Below, in pieces: positions 48,710 through 58,127 of a DNA stretch of 64,000 nucleotides. Below the pieces are notes generated by a model. That model was given only the letters and a program-made list of their open reading frames with translations. It did not search any database and was not told where the DNA came from. Position 1 is the stretch's first letter, and every line of letters starts with the position of its first letter. This DNA comes from a virus, in IMG/VR virus record IMGVR_UViG_3300032242_001752, positions 24,563 to 88,562 of that record; one strand, given 5' to 3'. A program made the position numbers and the translations under genes.

Positions 48710-49165
48710 TTGGCAATTGTTTTATTCATGGATGGCGTATTGCGGTCTGACTCTAAAGTCCCTATTTATGAGGGTATTTCTCTATATAAATCTTTAAATG
48801 TAAATGGTACTGTAATGCTTGCGTGCGCTGACCAGGACGAAGCTGCGCGTTGGTGTAAGGAACATAAACTTACAGATATAGACGGATTTATCTCTAATAA
48901 GACTGTTGGGGAATATGAGGACAAAGACTTTCTCAAGATTAAACACCAGCAAGCTTCCGGCCCGCTGCATCTGGTCGTAGTAGCAGACATAGAATTAGCA
49001 AAAACCTGTTTACAAAATGGTATAAAGACATTACTTTGGTTACATCCAGTATATTTAAGCCCTAAATTTAGGCCAGATGGAAGAGTAGGCCGCAAGAGTT
49101 GGGATGACCTTGTAGGCGAACTAGACAGACAAGTAGAACTAATGGCAGAGGATAACCGACTATGA
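48710..49165 (+). CDS. HAD-fold protein (degenerate motif I)
   Basis: VLFMDGVLR N-terminus. Confidence 0.55.
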   Translation: MAIVLFMDGVLRSDSKVPIYEGISLYKSLNVNGTVMLACADQDEAARWCKEHKLTDIDGFISNKTVGEYEDKDFLKIKHQQASGPLHLVVVADIELAKTCLQNGIKTLLWLHPVYLSPKFRPDGRVGRKSWDDLVGELDRQVELMAEDNRL

Positions 49166-50607
49166 ATATCGTATATTTAGGGGCAGAAGTTCCTAGCAAC
49201 AGAAGCATTCTTGACCACTCAAACGCTAAAAAGGTTGGGGTAAGTTACTGGGGCGTTGTTCGTAGAGGACTACCTAAGACAAAGAAGTATTTACTAGAAA
49301 ACTATTTTAAAGACGATGTAGAACTCTATGTTTTCCCTGGGATACCTGCTTCTACCACGCTTACAGAAGAAGAATTATTGGATTTTTCGGCCGATTATGA
49401 GGAATTTATTGCCGATAATTTACACCGAATTACCCTATTTTCGGAAATAAACCACCCTTCAGCCAGCCAAGAGTTCGTCGTACAGCAACGGGTAGCTGCT
49501 TGGAACGAAGTAGATGATGATAAGTTCGGTGTCGTCTATACATCAGGAAGCCTAGAGGACTTAGCAACTAGATATTTAAATATCTTTATTTCTGGAGATG
49601 TCGCTGAGGCATTGGAGCCTATTTGTAGAAAGTTCTCCTCTCAACATGGAACTAAGTTCCATATCTTAGGCTCTATCAAGCCTGATAAGTTCCGTAACTC
49701 CCCTTTTGAGACAACCAGCACTCTCGCTTGGCTTTCGCCTATGATGAGGGGCGAAACTATTGTATGGTTCGGTAATCAACTACACCGATACCCTAAGCGT
49801 ATGAAAGAACAGGCTCGCTCTCGTTACAAGGCTGCTTACGAGGCTGCTAACTTAGACTTTGATAAAATACTTGCCGATGACGCTGTGGAAATCTCTAAAT
49901 TGGCTGTATGGTCTTACCAACAGTTAGAACTTTGGGCAAATAACTCCTCTCATATATCAGATACAAGTGACTCAAACTTACCTGCCAATTTCTCTCAAAC
50001 ACCCCCCTCTAATGCTGATATATCAGGTACGGAATCAAACAAACTTATCACAAGAAATCCTGCTGAAATTCGCCCTCTCCCTGTGCTTGGAGTGGAAGTT
50101 TCTAGGGTAATTGAACAAGATGAAACTGGTCGTGATGTAATCAAAGAGGTTCCAGTTATTCGCTCTAACAGCACCAGTTTAAGACAATGTAACACTTGTT
50201 TTGTAAAGGATAACTGTCCTGCTTTTAAGCCTGATAACGCTTGTGCGTTTAACCTGCCAGTAGAGGTAAAAACCAAGGAACAACTTAAGGGCTTAATCAA
50301 CTCTCTCCTTGAAATACAAGGGCAACGAGTGGCATTTGCCAAGTTTGCCGAGGACTTAAATGGTGGATACCCTGACCCAAATACAGGCCTAGAAATGGAT
50401 AGATTCTTTAAAATGTTAAAAACAATTAAGGAATTAGACGAGAGCAAAGAAATTATGAGAGTGACTATGGAACGTGGAAGTTCTGCTGGAGTTCTCTCAA
50501 GTTTATTCGGTGAAAGGGCTCAAAAATTGACCGAATTGCCTAACAATGGCCTCAATGAAGAACAGACAAACGAGATAATTAAGAAGATAAATCCAACCGA
50601 TATATAG
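49162..50607 (+). CDS. TGT/DpdA-like TIM-barrel protein (apparently degenerate) with C-terminal Cys4 cluster
   Basis: YEEFI, FHILG, FETTSTLAW spaced like TGT-like motifs; CNTC.....CP......C. Confidence 0.45.
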   Translation: MNIVYLGAEVPSNRSILDHSNAKKVGVSYWGVVRRGLPKTKKYLLENYFKDDVELYVFPGIPASTTLTEEELLDFSADYEEFIADNLHRITLFSEINHPSASQEFVVQQRVAAWNEVDDDKFGVVYTSGSLEDLATRYLNIFISGDVAEALEPICRKFSSQHGTKFHILGSIKPDKFRNSPFETTSTLAWLSPMMRGETIVWFGNQLHRYPKRMKEQARSRYKAAYEAANLDFDKILADDAVEISKLAVWSYQQLELWANNSSHISDTSDSNLPANFSQTPPSNADISGTESNKLITRNPAEIRPLPVLGVEVSRVIEQDETGRDVIKEVPVIRSNSTSLRQCNTCFVKDNCPAFKPDNACAFNLPVEVKTKEQLKGLINSLLEIQGQRVAFAKFAEDLNGGYPDPNTGLEMDRFFKMLKTIKELDESKEIMRVTMERGSSAGVLSSLFGERAQKLTELPNNGLNEEQTNEIIKKINPTDI

Positions 50608-50814
50608 TTGATATATGTGCCTATTTTTAGCGTCAATGGCACTTCCCAGAAAATCGCCAACTCAACAACAATGACGGCTGCGTAAAACGATCCGGAAGTC
50701 CAACGCACAGACTAAAAACCGTATAATTTATTGCTATTATCCATTTGTTTAATTCCCTTTTAGAAAAAATCTCTCTCTATTATTTCGCTCAGCTCATCAG
50801 AACTTCCAGGCAAA

Positions 50815-50842
50815 GAAAAAAGCCCCTATTGCTAGGGGCTTA
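50815..50842 (-). terminator. Terminator ending the minus-strand arm
   Basis: AAAAAAGCCCCTA-ttgc-TAGGGGCTT. Confidence 0.8.
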
Positions 50843-50855
50843 AATCTCTCTCTCT

Positions 50856-51341
50856 TTATCTCAATAGGGCATACGCCATATTTATAGCGAAGGATAATAG
50901 GATATACGGACCTAGGGGAACAGTCTTGTATCTATTTATTACAATAACGCCCAGATTATCCAGCAACAGTAGAAAGCCAATGCCTACGATTACCAGTAGA
51001 AACAGGGTGGCTGGAAACATAAGACCTGCCATAGCCGAGAACCAGCCAACGATTAGGGTCAGGGCTGTTGCGTATTTAACATCGCCCATGCCTACATAGT
51101 CTATAAAGTTTAGGCATAGCCCTAGGATAAAGACACCGAAAGCCAGTGCGAAAGCCAGCCCCAGTTCTGCCCACTTGCCCTGCCATATTGCTAGGGTCAG
51201 CCAAGACGCTAGGGTCAGTAGGATTAGAGGCGCGACTATTTTATTAGGTAGCCTTTGCTCTTTGAGGTCTATGACTATGAGGGGAATCGCTGTTACTACC
51301 ACATAAATTACAGGTAATAGGCTTATTATTTGAGTTATCAT
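50856..51341 (-). CDS. Prepilin peptidase (A24 family, TadV/CpaA-like)
   Basis: IDLKEQRLPN, GMGDVK, VPLGPYI; multiple TM helices. Confidence 0.85.
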   Translation of the reverse strand: MITQIISLLPVIYVVVTAIPLIVIDLKEQRLPNKIVAPLILLTLASWLTLAIWQGKWAELGLAFALAFGVFILGLCLNFIDYVGMGDVKYATALTLIVGWFSAMAGLMFPATLFLLVIVGIGFLLLLDNLGVIVINRYKTVPLGPYILLSFAINMAYALLR

Positions 51342-51448
51342 TTGTTTATCTTTCTTGCTCTTTTAGCAGTTTCATACTCTCTCTTGCGAGCAAGTATCTT
51401 ATCTAATTTGATTTGCTTTGCTAGGGTTAAAATCTCTTGCTCGGTCAT

Positions 51449-51688
51449 TTAGTAATCTTCATCTCTCTCTGGCATATTATCTAAATAGTCCTGTCGGTGT
51501 TCGCCCTCGCTGGCTTGCTCTGCGTAGTAATAGCCAGCACCCTCGCACTCGGGGCAAGTAACTCCGTCTAACTCTCCTAGCGTGTCGCACTCTTTACAGC
51601 CACGCCAGCATAGCGAGCAATAGTCCTCTGAACAGTCACGCTCGGGGTCTGTGTAAGGACCCTCTAGCCATGCGTCATAACTACTCAT
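51449..51688 (-). CDS. Small Cys-rich acidic protein
   Basis: CKECDTLG...CPECEGAG (DnaJ-type Zn repeats). Confidence 0.6.
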   Translation of the reverse strand: MSSYDAWLEGPYTDPERDCSEDYCSLCWRGCKECDTLGELDGVTCPECEGAGYYYAEQASEGEHRQDYLDNMPERDEDY

Positions 51689-51869
51689 TTGTTTCCTCTC
51701 CCTCAATGTCTATAACATCTACATCTTGACTAAATAGGGTTACTGCGTCTATCTCAACGCCCTCTGACCACCATTTCTTTTGCGATAGGTCTAGGACTTC
51801 GCCCCAGTCCTCTCCCTCTTTGGTAGTAATCTCCCAGATTTGTCTTACCTCAACTGTATATTTAGGCAT
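51681..51869 (-). CDS. Small acidic hypothetical protein
   Basis: ORF track; coupled. Confidence 0.55.
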   Translation of the reverse strand: MPKYTVEVRQIWEITTKEGEDWGEVLDLSQKKWWSEGVEIDAVTLFSQDVDVIDIEGEETNE

Positions 51870-52192
51870 TAGTTTTCCTCTCTTAACTGGTGGCAACTGT
51901 CGCATAATCCGTCATTACCAGCCCTCTCTAAACTAGATAAAGGCTCGTCACAGTCCTCGCACATGAACTCTCTCATATGTTCATAGACTTCATCACTTAT
52001 AACCTCGCTGACTTCGCTGAACAGGTCATAGCCCTCTAATATCGTAACAACCTTGCCAAACACTTCTGGCGTAGGGCTAGGCGTTCCGTCAGCGAACTCC
52101 AAAGTTTCGGCAAGCCAATAGGCACATATAATAGGCTGGTCTTGGTTCTCAATAGCCGAAAGTTGTTCTACAACATCTTTAACTGTAATCAT
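51869..52192 (-). CDS. Hypothetical protein with C-terminal Zn ribbon
   Basis: CEDC...CDSC. Confidence 0.6.
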   Translation of the reverse strand: MITVKDVVEQLSAIENQDQPIICAYWLAETLEFADGTPSPTPEVFGKVVTILEGYDLFSEVSEVISDEVYEHMREFMCEDCDEPLSSLERAGNDGLCDSCHQLREEN

Positions 52193-52428
52193 TATCTATC
52201 TCCATTTATGATGTCTAGTTCCTCTTGCGTAAAGATTTCTCTCTCGCTTTCCTCTAAATCTACAACCTCTACTAGACTTACCCAACCCTGATTTATAAAG
52301 TTATGCTGGTTGTTCTTAATAAACTTATGTAGTTCAGCCATAAAGTTTTCGGCTGTATCGGTTGCGTCATCTAAATCGGTAGCGTCAGTTTCTACTGTTA
52401 TCGCTATCTCTATTTCGTATTTAGCCAT
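52192..52428 (-). CDS. Small acidic hypothetical protein
   Basis: ORF track. Confidence 0.55.
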   Translation of the reverse strand: MAKYEIEIAITVETDATDLDDATDTAENFMAELHKFIKNNQHNFINQGWVSLVEVVDLEESEREIFTQEELDIINGDR

Positions 52429-52663
52429 TTGATTCTCTTTCACTCTCGTAATCGCTTTCCCAGTAGGTCAAGTCCTCGCCAGCCAAAATAGCCTGAACAT
52501 ACTCATACTTATCGCTATCGGCTAGGCAGTCAAGCACGAACCAATGGAACCTACTAAGTTTATTAGGGTCAAACAGGATAATACCACCCTCGCCATACGA
52601 GCCGTCAGCAGTTACCCAACCTGCGTAATAATTATCTTGCCAGTTGTCTTTTCCCATAGCCAT
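52421..52663 (-). CDS. Small acidic hypothetical protein
   Basis: ORF track. Confidence 0.55.
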   Translation of the reverse strand: MAMGKDNWQDNYYAGWVTADGSYGEGGIILFDPNKLSRFHWFVLDCLADSDKYEYVQAILAGEDLTYWESDYESERESNG

Positions 52664-52905
52664 TAGTTACGCCACTCCTCGCCAATAACTTTCATTAGAG
52701 CATTAGGGCTTACCTTTAGAACAGAGCATAGGGCAGACATAGTGCCACTAGGAATCTCTCGCTGTAAGTGAAAGTATCTTGATAGGCTTGATTTCTGGAA
52801 TCCAGTAGCGTTAGCAAACTGATTAAGCGACTTGTATCCAAGTTTTTTATAGCGTGCTACGAACCATACCCAAGCAATATCGGCTTGCTTTTTAGTTTTT
52901 ACCAT
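52663..52905 (-). CDS. XRE-family HTH protein
   Basis: SLNQFANATGFQKSSLSRYF...LCSVLKVSP. Confidence 0.8.
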   Translation of the reverse strand: MVKTKKQADIAWVWFVARYKKLGYKSLNQFANATGFQKSSLSRYFHLQREIPSGTMSALCSVLKVSPNALMKVIGEEWRN

Positions 52906-53092
52906 TTGTTTCTCCTGTTTTCTTATTTGTAATGGTGACTTCTACATTTACTTCATAGAATCTCTCAACCAGTTCCCTTGCTGTTTCCCAAGTTCCTAGG
53001 TCAATGTAGGTTCCGTTGTGTAGTTCAGCCAGTTCGTCAGCCAAGCGTTCAGCCAACTCCCCTAGCGTTAGGTGCTTTACATATTTAGCCAT
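52892..53092 (-). CDS. Hypothetical protein
   Basis: ORF track. Confidence 0.55.
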   Translation of the reverse strand: MAKYVKHLTLGELAERLADELAELHNGTYIDLGTWETARELVERFYEVNVEVTITNKKTGETNGKN

Positions 53093-53465
53093 TTGATTTC
53101 CTTATTTCCTCAATTAAGTCAGGGTCACCAAACTCCTTGATGAACTCCTCAACTGTATAAACTCCACCACGATAAGCGACCATGCCTGTATCAAGACCGA
53201 CTACGATAGGTGGATTATCGTCAGAATTGCTTAGGCTGTCCACAGAGCCAATACCAAAGCCAGTAGAGCCTTTATAGCCCCCCTGAACGATAGCGAACTC
53301 ATAGAACAGTTGTGCTGTTAGATACATAGGGTCGTTCAGCCTATCGGTCATGCTAAGAACATTTACTACTGCCGACAGGTTATCCTCACCTGCCCAATGT
53401 CCGTAAAGATGTATCGGGCTTGTTAAGCCCTCGCTTGTAATGTAGATAGAACTTCTATCGCCCAT
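53085..53465 (-). CDS. Hypothetical phage protein
   Basis: MGDRS...LYGHWAG; SD GAAAGG. Confidence 0.65.
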   Translation of the reverse strand: MGDRSSIYITSEGLTSPIHLYGHWAGEDNLSAVVNVLSMTDRLNDPMYLTAQLFYEFAIVQGGYKGSTGFGIGSVDSLSNSDDNPPIVVGLDTGMVAYRGGVYTVEEFIKEFGDPDLIEEIRKSNG

Positions 53466-53552
53466 TTTTCTTGCCTTTCTTGTTGCGTTGGTTTTTAGGT
53501 GCGGGTTCAGTTGTGAAATGTAGCCAGATAAATCCTATGGCTAGGGATAGCA

Positions 53553-53587
53553 AGTATACACCCACTACCCCTGCCACAGCAAGACAC
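53553..53587 (-). promoter_or_regulatory. Promoter TTGCTG-18nt-TATACT with adjacent GTGTC/GACAC motif
   Basis: Read on minus strand: GCGTGTC-TTGCTG...TATACT. Confidence 0.55.
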
Positions 53588-53604
53588 GCTATCTGATTCA
53601 TAGT

Positions 53605-55755
53605 CTAGTGCTTATCCAAAGTGGTCTTGATAACGCCCTTGACCACGCCTTTAGCGACCTTGACTAAATCATCAGGGTCGGTAACCATTTGGAACAGGTC
53701 TGCCCCATGAGCCATACGAGTAAAGTAATCCTCGCCATAGTAGGTAGCCCAGTAGTAGTTAGGGTCGCTTGTATCTGTAATAGGATTATTAGCATATTCG
53801 TTTATGTGCCTTAGCGTGTGTTCATCAGCGATATAAACGACAACAACATAACAGCCTTGTTCTTGTAATCTAGCGATTACTTTTTCGCACTTGTCGGTGT
53901 TAGAGAACTCCCCGTCTGTAAGGATAAATACTAATTTGGTATTAGCATTTGATAATTCCATAATCCTATTTGTTTCTACCAAAGCAGAATAAGGGTCGGT
54001 GCCACCAGTAGTATCAGGAATACGAACCACATTTGCCTTAGCCTTTTCATCTCGGCTAGATAGGGTCTTGCCGATATCACTAAAGGTTAGCAACGATACT
54101 TTTCCGTCAATTTTCTCAATAGCACGCTTAATAATCCAGCCAGAACGACTAGCAGAACCGATTTGGCTATACATAGAACCAGACCTATCAACAAGAACAC
54201 TAGCCTCAATTTGATAATCGTCAGAACCCTCACGCCACCTATCAAACAGTTTATTTATGTCGTTGATATCAGCGTTCATGGCACGCTTAACATTTAACTT
54301 GCCACTAGGCACCTGTCTAATCCAAGCAGGGTCACACTCAATTCTCAAGCGTTCTAGTTCACTAGCAAAACGCCTAGCAGTATTGACTTCCTTAATAGTA
54401 GGCTCGTCAGAACTAGCACGACCTTTAGGCAGAATAGACTTAACACTTCTATCCTTGATAATAGCGTTCATGGTGTCCTTGACCTTTTTAGTCAGACCCT
54501 TATCAGCCTTGGCTCGTTCTACTTCAGCCTTAATAAGTTCAGTTAGTTCATCAGAGATGATATTAAAGTCAGACTTATCAGGCTTGTTATCACTATCCTC
54601 GGTTTCACCAGTATTGCCTTTACCAGCCTTGCCCTTGGTATCATCATCAGATTCAGGGCTTTTGCCACTAAAATCTAAATCAGCCTTATCACCTTTATCG
54701 CCACTAAGTCCGTCTTGTTCTTTCTCACCGACAGGTCTGCCATTTTTTAGAGGGTCACGACCAGAGCAAGACCAGCCTTGACAGGTAGAGCCATAGTTCT
54801 CGGGTAGCATTTCGGCTAGTTGGTTGATTAGTTCTATGCCCCTATCGTATTGGCGAGGATAGACCAGACTTCTATATTCATTTACGATATTAAATATAGT
54901 TTTAGTCTTTTCTGCCCCATATTTAGCCATATGAGCATTTGCCGATAGTTGTCTAACCTCTTGTGAGAAATACCTACGACCAGCCAGCAGAACAAAGTTG
55001 TCGGCAAGGTTAATAGGATTATCAAGCAAGTATTCGCCTACTGTCGCAATAAGGAAAGGTCTAACGCTTGGATATTTAGCAACGAGCATAGTTTCAGCAC
55101 GATTATCCTCAAGCATATTAAATGCTATTTTCCTATTTGGATATTCGGTAATAACATCTCGTTCCCATACCCACTCGTCAGGAGTTCCAGCGTTCATAAC
55201 TTCTTTAGTGACTGTATGTTTCTGTTCCATGACCCACTTACCAAGTTTATTATTTGCTCTTGGTGTGTATAGCAGGTGAGATAGTTCGTGATAGTTCAGA
55301 CCATTAAAGGTAAGCACCAGTTTTTCATCTAATAGGTTTATTAACTTAGCGTTAAAGGTAATGTCCTTACCATTACTGTAAGCAGGTGTATCACCAGTTT
55401 CAGTAAATAAGACATTTACGCCTAGACCAGTCAAAATCCTATCGGCACGCTGGAATATGCTCGCCATGCTGTCTATGGTGTTATTACGCTGTAATAGGGC
55501 TTGCGTAATCTTTTCACCATTTTCATCTAGCCAGTCACGATATTCCTTGCGTAAATCGTTGTCGGCTCGCATACGACCTTTCCACAAGTTATCCTCGTCT
55601 ACACCAGAGGTCTTGGCTATGTGCTGGACTTCTGCCCAGTTATAACTAGCCAGTTTTACTTTTTCAGTATCTACATGGTCGTTTAGGAACATTTGGTAGG
55701 CACCCCAGTAGTTATCCTCTAGGCTCATAATCCTAGTCATTTGTGGCTTGCTCAT
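53605..55755 (-). CDS. HExxH + von Willebrand A domain protein (CobT-like partner)
   Basis: YHELSH, NMLEDNR, DRSGSM, GGT, ILTDG. Confidence 0.85.
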   Translation of the reverse strand: MSKPQMTRIMSLEDNYWGAYQMFLNDHVDTEKVKLASYNWAEVQHIAKTSGVDEDNLWKGRMRADNDLRKEYRDWLDENGEKITQALLQRNNTIDSMASIFQRADRILTGLGVNVLFTETGDTPAYSNGKDITFNAKLINLLDEKLVLTFNGLNYHELSHLLYTPRANNKLGKWVMEQKHTVTKEVMNAGTPDEWVWERDVITEYPNRKIAFNMLEDNRAETMLVAKYPSVRPFLIATVGEYLLDNPINLADNFVLLAGRRYFSQEVRQLSANAHMAKYGAEKTKTIFNIVNEYRSLVYPRQYDRGIELINQLAEMLPENYGSTCQGWSCSGRDPLKNGRPVGEKEQDGLSGDKGDKADLDFSGKSPESDDDTKGKAGKGNTGETEDSDNKPDKSDFNIISDELTELIKAEVERAKADKGLTKKVKDTMNAIIKDRSVKSILPKGRASSDEPTIKEVNTARRFASELERLRIECDPAWIRQVPSGKLNVKRAMNADINDINKLFDRWREGSDDYQIEASVLVDRSGSMYSQIGSASRSGWIIKRAIEKIDGKVSLLTFSDIGKTLSSRDEKAKANVVRIPDTTGGTDPYSALVETNRIMELSNANTKLVFILTDGEFSNTDKCEKVIARLQEQGCYVVVVYIADEHTLRHINEYANNPITDTSDPNYYWATYYGEDYFTRMAHGADLFQMVTDPDDLVKVAKGVVKGVIKTTLDKH

Positions 55756-55757
55756 AG

Positions 55758-57119
55758 TTACTCCTCGTCACTTTCCTTGGCGACCTTGATAGTGATTCCA
55801 AAGTCTTTAGCAATACCGACCTTAGCAGTTGAGAACACCAGTTCAACAGCCTCTCGTTCATCATCAGAGAATCCGTTGATATAGGTTCCGATAGCGTAGT
55901 CCAAGCCTACATTAGAAATGTTCTTGGTAAGCATTTCTAGCCCTCGGGTAGATACAGGTGTTTCTATCTCGCCCTTGTCGTAGGTATCTCTAAGTTTTTG
56001 AGCCACATCTAGCAACGCAACAGACTTGATAAGTTTTTTCTCAATAGCCTTATCATAAGCAAACTCCCACTTGTGAGCAAACCTGTCTTTCCATGCTTGG
56101 TTCATAGGGCGAGAGCCACGATACATAGGGTTATGGTCACCGATAATAACTAGGTCAGGGTGAGCCTTGATAACCTCGCCACCATTTTCTAGCAACTGGA
56201 TTTCTCGTCTATCGTCTAGCAAGCCAAACAAAACTGTTGTGATTCGTTCAGGGATAAAGTCAATTTCGTTCAGTAGTAGAACTCCACCATTTCTTACCAA
56301 GTCTGTTACAGGTCCGTCTTGCCACTTATACTTACCAGCAGTTTCAGTTGGAATCCATGACCCGAATAGGTGGCTAGGTTCCAAGCCCACATTGGCAGAA
56401 ATGTTGTAGTAGCGATAATCCCTAGAACTTGCCCAAGCAAGAACACACATGGTCTTACCAGAGCCAGCGTGACCACGAATCAAAAGGTTCTGGTTGTTCG
56501 CCTTGACAATGTCCAACATCTCAAAGTCAGTCATACCAGACTTGCCGACATTTTTTCGGTTGATATAGCGTTCAGCCCACTTCTTATCTGGCACGCTTGC
56601 CAGTTCAGACATAACAGGCTTGTTAGATACAGGCAGACCTAGGAAAGTCTGGTCAGGCTCGGCAGTCGCAACAGAGTTGATAGCGACAAAAGCAGGTGCC
56701 ATTTCCATAATAGGCTTGAGAGATACGCCAGACTTTCTGCGATTATCTCTAAGATACTGGTTCAGGGAATCATCACCAGCGATTAGTTTTGCCTTTAGGT
56801 CACCGACCATAATGTCGTGAGCCAAGCCCTCGGTGACTGGAATAGAACCAGCAGACATAAGACGACTTGCTAAGGCTGTTATGTTTCCTGTTTCTGCGAA
56901 CTGGATATCGCTGTCGCTAAGAACGACTGCGTTAGGTTCAGATGTGATAGGGGAAATCTCTAGGGCAGGGATAAGTTCTCTAACTTGCCATGCCTGACCA
57001 CGACCACGACCACCAGTAGATAGTCGGGTAAAGGTTAGAACTTCCGTTGCTGTTGGAACTAGAACTGTCTGGTAATTACCAGTAGTAGTAATGCTCTCTA
57101 CGAATAATGCGATACTCAT
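55758..57119 (-). CDS. MoxR/CobS-like AAA+ ATPase
   Basis: GHAGSGKT, WQDGPV, LLLNEID, AWKDRF, STRGL. Confidence 0.88.
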   Translation of the reverse strand: MSIALFVESITTTGNYQTVLVPTATEVLTFTRLSTGGRGRGQAWQVRELIPALEISPITSEPNAVVLSDSDIQFAETGNITALASRLMSAGSIPVTEGLAHDIMVGDLKAKLIAGDDSLNQYLRDNRRKSGVSLKPIMEMAPAFVAINSVATAEPDQTFLGLPVSNKPVMSELASVPDKKWAERYINRKNVGKSGMTDFEMLDIVKANNQNLLIRGHAGSGKTMCVLAWASSRDYRYYNISANVGLEPSHLFGSWIPTETAGKYKWQDGPVTDLVRNGGVLLLNEIDFIPERITTVLFGLLDDRREIQLLENGGEVIKAHPDLVIIGDHNPMYRGSRPMNQAWKDRFAHKWEFAYDKAIEKKLIKSVALLDVAQKLRDTYDKGEIETPVSTRGLEMLTKNISNVGLDYAIGTYINGFSDDEREAVELVFSTAKVGIAKDFGITIKVAKESDEE

Positions 57120-57467
57120 TTGATACTTTCTGATTTAGTGAAACATAGCCAGCACTTCTGGCTACCCCCTAAGTCTATGCTAGGGGTAGGACATTTTGCT
57201 ATTTGATTTTGGCTATCGTTATCAAACCTTAATAATAGGAAAAATAGGGGGCTTTGCTATTTATTCTTGTTTTTACCTATATAAGTAATAGAGGAATAGA
57301 GAGAGGGATATCTCTACGCTTGGCTATGCCCCCGATAGCCTATCCAGCCTGTTATATATAGCAGATACAGAAATCCCCTAAATAGCGTGTAGGTCTGGGC
57401 TTATCCCTAGGCACTTACTAGGCTTATTAGGCAGTAGCCTAAATGGTGGGCGTAGCCTACACTATTC

Positions 57468-57555
57468 TCTCTCTATAAGTCAATAGGCGTTATCAAATCG
57501 TTATACTCTCTCTCTATTAGCACATAGCATAGTTCTCTCTATAAGTCAATAGGCG
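57468..57555. repeat. 22-bp direct repeat TCTCTCTATAAGTCAATAGGCG (x2), each containing a minus-strand TTGACT -35
   Basis: Copies at 57468-57489 and 57534-57555. Confidence 0.8.
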
Positions 57556-57590
57556 ATTATTACATTTTGATAACGATTTACCTAATAGGC

Positions 57591-57672
57591 TTGTTGAGTT
57601 GGAAGCCTTTAGCCATAAAAAGCGGTTTTCCCTCCTCCGGCAGGCTATGGCTAAAGGCTTCCAACTCAACAA
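57591..57672. repeat. IR element 1 (27-bp perfect arms, 82 bp)
   Basis: TTGTTGAGTTGGAAGCCTTTAGCCATA...TATGGCTAAAGGCTTCCAACTCAACAA. Confidence 0.95.
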
Positions 57673-57782
57673 ACTTGGTAAGAAAATGCCCCCCAAGCCA
57701 AGAGAGAAGTGGCTTGAGGGGCTGGCGAGGCACAGAAAGGGGTGAAATAAGCCTCGCCTGTTAGTAGGCTGGACAGTGCCTA

Positions 57783-58127
57783 CTAATCCTGTTTAGTCTG
57801 GTCTGTATCTTGTGGTGTATAGTAACCAAGATAGAACAGTAAGGTATTAGGTGTTACCTTTAGAGCATAGCATAGTTTAGGCACAAACCACAAAGGCATA
57901 GGGGCATTTCCTTTTATGTAGTTACCTACAGTTCCAGCAGTCACACCAAACTTGTTTAGTCTTACAAACTCGGCTAAGGACTTGTAGCCAATGCTGGTAT
58001 AACGATTCTTTATCCAGTTATAGCCAGCCTCGTTACGCTGTCGTTGTGTTTCCCAGTAGTTATGGTATTGAGCCATAATGGTATCTCGGTCACCACTACT
58101 TCTATCTATTTCTATTGGTTCAGACAT
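57783..58127 (-). CDS. XRE-family HTH protein (paralog of 52663-52905)
   Basis: RYTSIGYKSLAEF...LCYALKVTPN. Confidence 0.75.
   Translation of the reverse strand: MSEPIEIDRSSGDRDTIMAQYHNYWETQRQRNEAGYNWIKNRYTSIGYKSLAEFVRLNKFGVTAGTVGNYIKGNAPMPLWFVPKLCYALKVTPNTLLFYLGYYTPQDTDQTKQD

Noticed and set aside
49162-50607. Active DpdA 7-deazaguanine DNA modification
   Set aside because: The expected catalytic Asp motifs appear substituted, and no folE/queC/D/E genes are in the window.
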